Below are positions 53,806 through 64,000 of a DNA stretch of 64,000 nt, piece after piece. How positions within the stretch are numbered: the stretch's first letter is position 1; each line of letters begins with the position of its first letter. Source of the stretch: Chiloscyllium plagiosum. Taxonomy: Eukaryota. The DNA is taken from positions 18,076,425 to 18,140,424 of the forward strand of contig NC_057720.1 of the NCBI RefSeq assembly GCF_004010195.1, in the 5' to 3' direction. The position numbers were made by a program, and so were the translations under genes. The notes under the pieces are model-generated. The model saw nothing but the letters and a program-made list of their open reading frames with translations. It did no database searches and had not been told where the DNA came from.

Positions 53806-54634
53806 TAAATGATCAGAAAGTTTGTCATTTATTTTTCAAATACAGAGTGTGAACAATGTGCAGTGAGCATCAAAAAAGCCAAGATTTTGAAATTTTCCCA
53901 CTGCAAGTAATTTTAGGAAAAAAAAGAAAACTGAAAAAAAAACAACTGTGGACGCTAGACATCCTTCTGAATACTGGGTTTTGTTTGTAATCAAGAAAAC
54001 TTATCTGAAAACTATGAAGAATTTCAATAAATCTTTGCTAAACACCAGGACTCTTCAATTGAGGCATTTACACTTATGGGACATTTTACAATTGTGGTTT
54101 GATGGAATAGGTTAAGGCAAATTAATAGACAGCTCACAAAGAGTATCTTGGTACATGGAACAACAACAAAAAAAATCAAAGCAATTCAAATCAATAATCT
54201 ACGAGGAACAGAACTTTTATTCTACAAACAATAAAAACCAAAGCAATACGGATGAAGAAAGTCAGAAACAAAAACAAAAACAACCCTATTCTGAAGAAGG
54301 GGCACTGGATCTGAAATGTTAATTCTGCTTTCTCTCCACAGGTACTGCCAGGCCTACTAAGTTTTTCCAGCAATCTTTCTTTTTATGTTTCTATTTTACA
54401 AATATTACAATTCGCACTAAGTTCATCATGAATGCTCTTTATATCTTACAAGTACCTTTCTATGCCATCCTGTACTGCTCATCTGTATAAGTAGAATAAC
54501 AATTTATTGAGTCTTTTCTCCTCATTTATGGGATGGGAGTTGGCAAGGCATCTACTGCTTCAATTACCCTCGAGGTGGTGGTCAGTCACTTTCTGGGGTC
54601 TCTGACGTCCATGTCATACCGTTACTTTACGTAC

Positions 54635-54730
54635 CTGTATATCCAGGTCAGCAATTTTCTGTTGTAGTTCAACCACGGTTGTTATGCTATCTGCTTCTCG
54701 AAGTCTCATTACTATTACAGCATCTTTATT
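54635..54730 (-). other. EVI5: Duplicated copy of the 96-bp EVI5 exon (alternative exon or pseudoexon)
   Basis: 88/96 nt identical to 53321-53416, with no indels or stops. It translates to NKDAVIVMRLREADSITTVVELQQKIADLDIQ and is flanked by tAG and GTacgt, but the polypyrimidine tract is poor (aacatttgggtag). Confidence 0.9.
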
Positions 54731-56347
54731 CTACCCAAATGTTGTTGGGTTCAGACTAGGAACATTGTTCCCTAAAGGCAGTGAATCAATGCAAATATAG
54801 TTCCAAATCAGGGATTGTGTTATTGTGGCCAATTAGTGAATATACCCAAACTCAATAATAAAGTACATTTAGAGGGCATAAAACTTTGACCTCACTATAC
54901 TTCAATACTGGCCACTGTAAAATATCCAATTTCTAAAGCTTTCAATGAGAACTAGTGCCTCAATCACTTGACGCAATCAGCCGGAGATCATCACTGCTCT
55001 CCTCAAAAATACACAGGAAAGTAGCAAAATTGCTACTAGTCCATCAAAAAAAATGCTAATTTTCATGAAATGAGTGCACTACTCAACACAGTGGCTGTGT
55101 GTAACTTGCAATGAACTTAGACATCAGGAAATCAGAGATGCTTGCAGCTGATTCAACTCACATATCGAAATAACGGCAATTTTTGAGTTTGTAGTGTTGT
55201 AATCACTTTAAGGCTTTTCTGTCGCAGAAAAAGATCACATTCAGCTAATACCCTTTCATATTTAACATGTTTACAGTTGCAAAACAAATTATTCTCTTTG
55301 AAAGGGAAAATATATTGGAGGTTTAGATGCTAATTTTAATTACAGCTGGATTTACCGGAACACATTGGTTTTAATGCGCAAAGTTACTACTAATTGAAGA
55401 AACCAAGAGAACCAACCAAGATATGAAGGCTCACATACAACGGTGATTGAAATTCAGAGTTTATTGCGGCATTTACTTGTTCTCTTTGGAATTAGAATTG
55501 ACTTCAGGTATGGTTTTAATGGAACAACTGTCGCACACTCATTAAAACCAAAAGCTGAATGGGATGTGCAAATCCTTTTAGATCAACTTAATTTGGAAAC
55601 AAAATGCATAATAAGAATTTTGGGATGTTGGTGCAACAGTATAGAAAGTTACATCTATAACAGCAGCTGTACATTTTCATAAGTAACTTGTGTAATACTT
55701 CATTATTAAACAAACCCTTATTTTCACTCAAATGAAATATAAAGGAGTTACAAAGACTATTTAAAGCAGGCTTGTGAAAAAGAACATTTGACAAAATACC
55801 TGAATTATTTCAGTACATTACTTGAAATCTGGATAAAGATTTTAAAATAGGGTACGCCTTAAAACAGAGTTCCATAGTGCACATTGTTTTTGTACCAGTT
55901 TAAAGTGTTGTAAAATAATTTTCTTTCATACAAATGGAAATAGCTACATAATCAGTTAATATCATTGTATAATTCAGCACAGAAACAGACCCTTCAGTTG
56001 AACCAGTCCACGCTGAATATAATCCAAAACTGAACTAGTCCCACCTGCCTGCACCTGGCCCAAGTAACCTAAGTCGTGGATTAAATTTTCACTAAACCAG
56101 CAGCTCTCTCAGCACACATTCACTCTCTGCCACACCTTTTATCCTTACAATTTGTACATTTAATTTCTCACCACAACACATTTTCATCATATTTATGAAA
56201 GAAAAGTAAATGGAATGAGTTACAATATGCCATAACCCTTAAAGTAAAATATGAGCATCAGAAGCAATAGTTACACAGAGTCATACAGATGTACAGCATG
56301 GAAACAGACCTGCTGTGGTTCTGTTCGCCGAGCTGGAAGTTTTTGTT

Positions 56348-56386
56348 GCAAACGTTTCGTCCCTGTCTAGGTGACATCCTCAGTGC
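56348..56386 (-). ncRNA. Minimal hammerhead ribozyme motif of Penelope pseudo-LTR
   Basis: Minus strand gca-CUGAGGA-u-guc(accuagacagg)gac-GAAA-cg-UU-ugc, with a palindromic stem III (aaacguuu). The plus-arm copy at about 56972-57011 has CAGAGGA (core mutated). Confidence 0.7.
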
Positions 56387-56673
56387 TTGGGAGCCTCCTG
56401 TGAAGCGCTTCTGTGGTGTTTCCTCCGGCATTTATAGTGGCCTGTCCCTGCCGCTTCCAGTTGTCAGTTTCAGCTGTCCGCTGTAATGGCCGGTATATTG
56501 GGTCCAGGTCGATGTGTTTGTTGATGGAGTTTGTGGATGAGTGCCATGCTTCTAGGAATCCCCTGGCTGTTCTTTGTTTGGCTTGCACTATAATGGTAGT
56601 GTTGTCCCAGTCAAATTCATGTTGATTGTCGTCTACGTGTGTGGCTACTAAGGATAGCTGGTCGTGGCATTTC

Positions 56674-56768
56674 NNNNNNNNNNNNNNNNNNNNNNNNNNN
56701 NNNNNNNNNNNNNNNNNNNNNNNNNNNNNNNNNNNNNNNNNNNNNNNNNNNNNNNNNNNNNNNNNNNN
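56674..56768. other. Assembly gap
   Basis: Run of N. Confidence 1.
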
Positions 56769-59700
56769 AGGGCAAGTGAAACAAAGAACAGCCAGGGAAT
56801 TCCTAGGAGCATGGCACTCATCCACAAACTCCATCGACAAACACATCGACCTGGACCCAATATACCGGCCACTACAGCGGACAGCTGAAACTGACAACCG
56901 GAAGCGGCAGGGACAGGCCACTATAAATGCCGGAGGAAACACCACAGAAGCGCTTCACAGGAGGCTCCCAAGCACAGAGGATGTCACCTAGACAGGGGAC
57001 GAAACGTTTTCAACAAAAACTTCCAGCTCGGCGAACAGAACCACAGCAACGAGCACCCGAGCTACAAATCTTCTCACAAACTTTGAATGGAAACAGACCC
57101 TTTGGCCCAACTTGTCCATACCGACCAGATATCCCAACCCAATCTGGTCCCATCTGCCAGCACCCAGTCCATATTCCTCCAAACCCTTCCTATTCATATA
57201 CCCATCCAAATGCCTTTTAAATATTGCAATTGTACTAGCCTCCACCACTTCCTCTGGGAGCTCATTCCATACATGTACCACCCCTCTGTGAGAAAATGTT
57301 GCCCCCTTGGTCTCTTATATCTTTTCCCCTCTCACCCTAAACCTATGCCCCCCTAGTTCTGGACTCCCTCACCTCAGGGAAACGACTTGGTCTATTTATC
57401 CTTTCCATGCCCCTCAATTTTGTAAACCTCTTATCAGGTCACCGCTCAGCCTCTGATGCGCCAGGGAAAACAGTCCCAGCCTGTTCAGCCTCTCTCTATA
57501 GCTCAACTTCTCCAACCCTGACAACATCCTTGTAAATCTTTTCTGAACCCTTTCAGGTTTCACAGCATCTTTCCGACAGGACGGAGACCAGAATTACACG
57601 GCAATATTCCAATAGTGGCCTAACCAATATCCTGTACAGCCGCAACATGACCTCCCAACTCCTGTACTCAATACTCTGACCAATAAAGGGAAGCATTAAA
57701 AACGCCTTCTTCATTATCCTATCTATCTGCGACTCTACTTTCAAGGATCTATGAAACTGCACTCCAAGGTCTCTTTGTTCAGCAACACTCTCGAGGACCT
57801 TATCATTAAGTGTACAAGTCTGGCTAAAATTTGCTTTCCCAAAATGCAGCACCTCACATTTATCTGAATTAAACTCCATATGCCACTTCTCAATCCATTA
57901 GCCCAGCTGTTCAAGATCCCGTTGTAATCTGAGGTAACCTTCTTCGCTGTCCACTACACCTCCAATTTTGCTGTCATCTGCAAAATTAACATCTAACAAT
58001 ACCTCTTATGCTTGCATCCAAATCATTTATACAAATGACAAAAAGTAGAGGACCCAGCACCGACCCTTGTGGCACTCCACTGGTCACAGGCCTCCAGTCT
58101 GAAAAACAATCCTCCACCACCACCTTTGAGCCAGTTCTGTATCCAAATGGCGAGTTCTCCCTGTCTTCTGTGAGATCTAACCTTGCTAACCAGTCTCCCA
58201 TGGGGAACCTTGTCGAACGCCTTACTGAAGTCCACAGAGATCACATCCACCACTCTGCCCTCCTCAATCTTCTTTGTTGCTTCTTCAAAAAGCTCAATGA
58301 AGTTTGAGAGACATGATTTCCCACGCACAAAGCCATGTTGACTATCCCTAATCAGTCCTTGCCTTTCCAAATACATGTACATCCTGTCCCTCAGGATTCC
58401 CTCCAACAACTTGCCCACCACCAATGTCAGGCTCACTGGTCTATAGTTCCCTGGCTTGTCCTTACCACCCTTCTTATACAGTGGCACCACGTTAGCCAAC
58501 CTCCAGTCTTCCGGCACCTCACCTGTGACTATTGATTATACAAATATTTCAGCAAGAGGCCCAGCAATCACTTCTCTGGCTTCCCATCTGATCAGGTCCT
58601 GGGGATTTATCCACTTTTATGCATTTCAAGACATCCAGCACTTCCTCCTCTAACATGGGACACTTTCCTTACATTCTATATCTTCCATGTTCTTTTCCAC
58701 AGTAAATACTGATGCAAGATATTCATTTAGTATTTGCCCCATTTTCTGCGGCTCCACACAAAGGCCGCCTTGCTGATCTTTGAGGGGCCTTATTCTCTCC
58801 CTAGTTACCCTTTTGTCCTTAATGTATTTGTAAAAACTCTTTGGATTCCCCTTAATTATATTTGCCAAAGCTATCTCATGTCCCCTTTTTGCCCTCCTGA
58901 TTTCCTTCTTAAGTGTACTCCTACTGCCTTTATCTAAGGATTCACTCGATTTATTCTGTGTATACCTGACATATGCTTCCTTCTTTTTCTTAACCAATCC
59001 CTCAATTTCTTTAGTCATCCTGCATTCCCTATACCTACCATCCTTTCCTTTCACGCTAACAGGAATATACTTGATTTCAAAATAAAAACTTAAACTGCTT
59101 TGAGAAATACCTGAATAATGTAATAAAGTTTGTATGTAACTAAGACAAAGGAAATCAAAGCATCCAACAGACAACCAAGCCATGATATTCGGATAGAAAT
59201 ATTGTGCAACCCAATCACTAAAAGCACACATTTGTACATGCAATATCAATATGGTCAAAGGAGGAGGAAAAACTTTAATCAGAGGATACAGTGACTTTCA
59301 ACATTTTCAGAACATATCTGTTTGCTATTAACATTTTTATCAAATTATCAAAAATAGACCAGGAAAAAAGTGGAGTGTCTTTGTTTTAAAGCAAACTTGA
59401 TGTTATGAGCACAATTTGCTGAACTAAAACAAAGTTTAAGTGATGACATTTTATCAAACACCTTGAAATGTTCAGTGTTTCAAACTCAATCTAAAATTTA
59501 TGTAAAACGTGATAGGTCAATCACACTCGAGTCAGTCGGTTGATATAAACTTTATACCCATTATTATTTGATATACTCTGTCCATTATGTACTTCATAGC
59601 AATCCTCTTCAACAAAGTGAAAATAAAGCGAAAGAACTAGTTGCTGACTTCAGGAAAAGGCCAATGAATGATATTGTTCCCAAGAAGATTAATGATGCGG

Positions 59701-60010
59701 ATATTCAAATAGTTACTGGACACGCATTGAGGTATCAAAGTACAAGGCAAGATGCATTAAAGAAAATATAACAGGGGAATACATAACTATATCACCCCTA
59801 AACATTAAAATACTTTTTTACTGAAGATGTTCTAAGGCTGTAGATGAGATGGTACTCACTCATAACAGCAAATAGCACCAGAATTTAAAAATTTTAATTA
59901 AAGTTAGAATTTTAAAAAAATTATTATTGATTTATACATTTCAATGAACAATCAATGTACCCAAAATTAACTTCAGATGGATGATAAGTTGAATTAGGAA
60001 TATACTATAC

Positions 60011-60157
60011 CTTGCAGTCCATCTCAGCTATTTTCCTTTTAGCTTCATTTAATTGAGTGAGTAGTCCTTTATTCTGAGCCGTGAGATACTGCACCTTCTC
60101 ACGAAGGCTACTGCACTCCTTCTCTGCTCGACATAGCTGGTTACTGCTGATTTGGTT
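60011..60157 (-). CDS. EVI5: EVI5 internal coding exon; 147 bp, phase 0-0
   Basis: atatcAG|AAC...AAG|GTatag. It translates to NQISSNQLCRAEKECSSLREKVQYLTAQNKGLLTQLNEAKRKIAEMDCK, in frame with the preceding exon and matching EVI5 (EKVQYLSAQNKGLLTQL). Confidence 0.95.
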
Positions 60158-60529
60158 CTGATATTTTCATAAATTAACAGATAAAACAAATTACAAATGC
60201 AATTTCAAATTCACATCATATTTATTCTAATAGCAATGTTTAAATGTACACTCTACATGTACAGTGTTGATCTTCCTAGTTTTAGGAAGAATGTATTTAT
60301 ATTAGCAGTTTAAAGAAGGTGTACTTAATTGACTTAATTCACTTAAGAATCATTTAACTGAGTCATGGGATTGAGTGTTGTCATATGAGAAAGAGCAATT
60401 CTATAAAATTTAGAAGATAACAGATGGTTTGGAAAGTATAAAAACCTGAGGGAAACTGACAAGAGTGGATGCTAAATTAATTATTAAAGATAAAATTTTA
60501 AAAGAAAAAGATATAAAAGAATTATAAAA

Positions 60530-61775
60530 GTTGAAATTATGATTCATTTGGAGAGCAGTAACAGGATAGGTCAGAGTCAGCATGGATTTATGAAGGGAAA
60601 TGATGCTTGACTAATCTTCTGGAATTTTTTTGAGGATGTAACTATGAAGATGGACAAGGAGAACCAGTGGATATAGTGTACCTAGACTTTCAGAAAGCCT
60701 TTAAAAAAGTACCACATAGGAGATGAGTGAGTACATGGTATTGGGGGCAAAATACTGACTTGGATTGAAAATTGGCTGGCTGACAGGAAGCAAAGAGTAG
60801 TGATAAACGGGTCCCTTTCGGAATGGCAGTCAGCGACCAGTGGAGTACCACAAGGTTTGGTGCTGGGACCACAGCTGTTTACAATATACATTAATGATAT
60901 AGATGAAGGTATTAAAAGTAATATCAGCAAATTTGCTGATGATATAAAACTGGGTGGCAGGGTGAAATGTGAGGAGGATATTCTGAGAATACAGGGTGAC
61001 TTGGACAGGCTAGGTGAGTGGACGGATGCATGGCAGATGCAGTTTACTGTGGACAAATGTGTGGTTATCCACTTTAGTGGCAACAACAGGAAGGCAGATT
61101 ACTATCTAAATGGAGTCAAGCTAGGTAAAGGGGAAGTACAATGAAATCTAGGTGTTCGTGGTCATCAGTCAATGTAAGCAAGCATGCAGGTCCAGCAGGC
61201 AGTGAAGAAAGCTAATAGCATGCTGGCCTTCATAACAAGAGGAATTGAATATAGGAGCAAAGAGGTCCTTCTGCAGCTGTGCAGGGCCCTGTTGAGACCG
61301 CACCTGGAGTATTGTGTGCAGTTTTGGTCTCCAAATTTGAGGAAGGACATTCTGGCTATTGAGGGAATGCATCGTAGGTTCACGAGGTCAACTTACAGAA
61401 TGGGGGGACTATCATCTGTTGAAAGGTTGGAGCGACTGGGCTTGAATTTAGAAGGCTGAGAGGGGATCTGATTGACATGCATAAGATTATTAAAGGATTG
61501 GACACTCTGGAGGTAGGAAGCATGTTTCCGCTGATGGGTGTGTCCAGAACCAGAGGACAGTTTAAAAATAAGGGGTAGGCCATTTAGAACAGAGTTGAGG
61601 AGAAACTTCTTCACCCAGAGATTCGTGGATATATGGAATGGTCTGCCCCAGAAGGTAGTGGAGGTCAAGTCTCTGGATACTTTCAAGAAAGAGATGAATA
61701 GAACTCTTAAAGATAGTGGAATCAAGGATTATGGGGATAAGGCAGAAATAGGATACTGATTGTGGATGATCAACC
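60530..61775 (+). mobile_element. CR1 RT and 3' fragment nested in an older CR1 tail (about 60260-62000)
   Basis: SGVPQGLVLGPQLFTIYINDID, SKFADDIKLG, HLEYCVQFWSPNLRKD. Confidence 0.92.
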
Positions 61776-61843
61776 TGAACCACACATCCTTGGATGGGTG
61801 TTTGAACATTTTTGAATTAGATAAATATTTGACTAACAGGGGA

Positions 61844-61877
61844 TGTGGAGCTACAAATCTTCTCAAAACTTGCTAAT
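61844..61877 (+). mobile_element. 34-bp Penelope tail insertion with TSD
   Basis: gagctacaaatcttctcaaaacttgctaat matches the element ends at about 18887-18913 and 57059-57086. TSD taacagggga at 61834-61843 and 61878-61887. Confidence 0.75.
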
Positions 61878-63423
61878 TAACAGGGGAGTCCAAGGTTATC
61901 AGGTTAGATAGAAAACTAGAGTTGAGGTCACAATCAAATTAGTTATGATCTTATCAAATTTCAGAATAGGTTTGAGGGGTTAAACACTTTTCAGCTTTTA
62001 ATTTGTGCACATGGGCATATCTTAGTTCCCCCTTCCATGTGCTTTATGAGCATGGAAAATGAGATTTTCTGGAAGACTGTAGTTAATATATCTGAAGCCA
62101 TTTATACATCTTTCCCCTACCTATGTTATTTAGTATGATTGCATTTCTAATAATATTTCATTTGGACAAAATGCATATTTGGAACTTCTGGCAATGCGAA
62201 ACCTGGACTATTAGCTGTCAATAGTGACGTGCACCTCAAAAGAAATCCTGCCCACATCATTTTAACTGTATTAGAGCACAGATTTCCTATTTTGTTGACA
62301 CCAGTTTGAATTCGGTGCTCTCAACAGGGGATCTGTGGCATCTATGAACAGGATAAACAGCAGAGAGGCTGTCAAACAAGAAAGAATGTAAAGCAGGAAA
62401 TCAAAGGAGGGAAATTTAATCACAGTATAAATTGTATGAAGACAGGGATATCCACAATACAGGAATAACACAAATCGAAAGCCTTTTAGCAAACAGCATA
62501 TCCCATCAGCTGCTCACAACAAAAAAAAACTGACAGCATCCAAAAGTTACACACTTGTAAAATGTGCAAGTGTCCAATATAGATGTGATTCCACAATTAG
62601 CCAGCACGTGCTGGGTATTCCTGAATGTGCAAACAATGATGTTGGGAACAAATGTAAAACTATCAACTCGGCACACAGTGGGATGTGGGTTCACTGGAAG
62701 CTACATATTTTAATATATAGGGCCTACATATATTAATATATAGGGCCCTGTTCTTTGCAGATTGACAGAACATGTTCACACACTCTGCCTGCTTCAACTC
62801 AACAAAACAGATCACAGTCATTCACTAGCGAATTTCTCAGGGAAATGACGTGACCAGAGTAAAATTGCCTTGTTTAAAATTTAAACAAAGTCTGGCAGTT
62901 AGCTGCCAATCAATCATCACTAATTGGTGTATTCTCCACATGCCACCTCTTGCAACATGAGTTTTCATTTTCTGCAATAATCTTTGATGATACCTTATTA
63001 AATGTCTCTGAAATCTAAGTACAATACATCTACCAGTTCCCCTTTTTTGAAGCAATCTGTTACGTTATCAAAGAATTCCAAAACATTGATACATGATTCC
63101 TCTTTTTTTTATTTTTAAAGTCTGGCTTCAGAGTGAGATATTGTAGACTTCTGTTACAGAACTGGAATGATGAAACTGGAGTTCAAGATCAATTTTCTGA
63201 AGACATCTGGGTAGGGACAAAGAGTTATGAGAAAAACTGAAATGGATTCAAGTTAAGGTCTAACATATTTTTGAGTGAGTTACCTACTTAATTATCTCAC
63301 CACTGCCCAAAAGAGGATATAATAAAATTGGAAGAGGAAAGAACTTTCAGAAAAAAACCTAATCAAGTTAAATCTATTCAGTAAATTCTATTCCATGACA
63401 AAACTAATAGAAGTTATTTATAC

Positions 63424-63582
63424 CTGTGTTTCAAGTTCCAGCATCCTTTGTTTAACTTCTTTCAGTTCAGCCTGTGTTTCAGCTCCTCTAAGGCGCACTG
63501 TCATCAGTTCATCTTGCAGCTCACTTACAGCATTCTTCCGTGGGGAGTCTTTCCACCTGCCAGTTGTTCGAGCCAAATGACG
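63424..63582 (-). CDS. EVI5: EVI5 (Rab-GAP, TBC family) internal coding exon, C-terminal coiled-coil region; 159 bp, phase 0-0
   Basis: Minus strand reads tctctAG|CGT...CAG|GTataa. It translates to RHLARTTGRWKDSPRKNAVSELQDELMTVRLRGAETQAELKEVKQRMLELETQ, matching my recollection of vertebrate EVI5 (RHLARTTGRWKDPPKKNAMNELQDELMTIRLREAETQ...). Confidence 0.95.
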
Positions 63583-64000
63583 CTAGAGATAATTTGAGAA
63601 TTGGAGTGAGTTTTATCAATGTCTGTGGTCACACATACCAATTCAAGTAAAGTTCACATCATTTTACAACTTAAAAGGACATATAAATCCTTTCAGTATA
63701 TCTTTTTAATATGGCGTGCCATTTCCTTGCAAAACAGATGGACTGCTTTGGATACTGTTGAGGGGAATGTCCTCTTGGAGAAAGCAGTAACAGCTAAATT
63801 TGTTGCAATACAATTGGCTCTGCTGCACAGGGAGGGAATACAGAGTGTGGGAATACACTTATATGGGATTCAATTGAAATAGGCAGGCATTTCTGTTGTC
63901 ACAGATGAGACTCCAAGATGGTACACTACCTCCCTGGAATTAGAGTCAAGAAAGTTTCAGAGCAGCTACAGGACATTCTGGAGGGGGAAGAACAGCCAGT

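Larger units (their letters stand above)
56311..57086. mobile_element. Young Penelope-like element, inverted arms around a gap, inserted into a CR1 tail
   Basis: Arms 56311-56673 (minus) and 56769-57086 (plus) are highly similar (REFLEAWHS...INKHIDLDPIYRPL). Exact 13-bp TSD ATGGAAACAGACC at 56298-56310 and 57087-57099. Confidence 0.92.
56275..59072 (-). mobile_element. CR1 LINE ORF2 plus 3' UTR, decayed (interrupted by the Penelope element)
   Basis: [69 protein letters not shown]. Confidence 0.95.

Noticed and set aside
62701..62746. 23-bp tandem duplication
   Set aside because: Simple slippage inside a probable old Penelope fragment; only two units, not an array.
1..64000. Prokaryote-type systems (CRISPR arrays, retrons, operons, defence islands)
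   Set aside because: The window is vertebrate intronic DNA; all RT motifs belong to decayed LINEs and there is no repeat-spacer array.

Overview
Eukaryotic (vertebrate) genomic DNA, AT-rich and repeat-dense. The HE1-type SINEs, CR1 LINEs and Penelope repeats point to a cartilaginous fish, probably a shark (inference). The only host gene I can support is EVI5 on the minus strand. Three phase-0 coiled-coil exons lie at 63424-63582, 60011-60157 and 53321-53416, followed by an intron of at least 53 kb running off the left edge (I could not find the next expected exon). Nearly all ORFs in the supplied track are CR1/Penelope fragments or noise. The top observation is a second, open-frame copy of the 96-bp EVI5 exon at 54635-54730. 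It keeps AG/GT ends and sits in the middle of an old LINE remnant. Other observations are further local templated duplications (a 308-bp direct repeat bracketing a 2.4-kb segment; a 50-bp piece of a neighbouring SINE inside a CR1 tail) and many Penelope-type elements with minimal hammerhead ribozyme motifs, including inverted pairs and one hammerhead disrupted by a 17-bp micro-inversion. There is also a candidate ETS-rich enhancer, possibly for GFI1. Two assembly gaps are present (7294-8166, 56674-56768). Repeat boundaries are approximate and family names come from motif recognition, not database searches.
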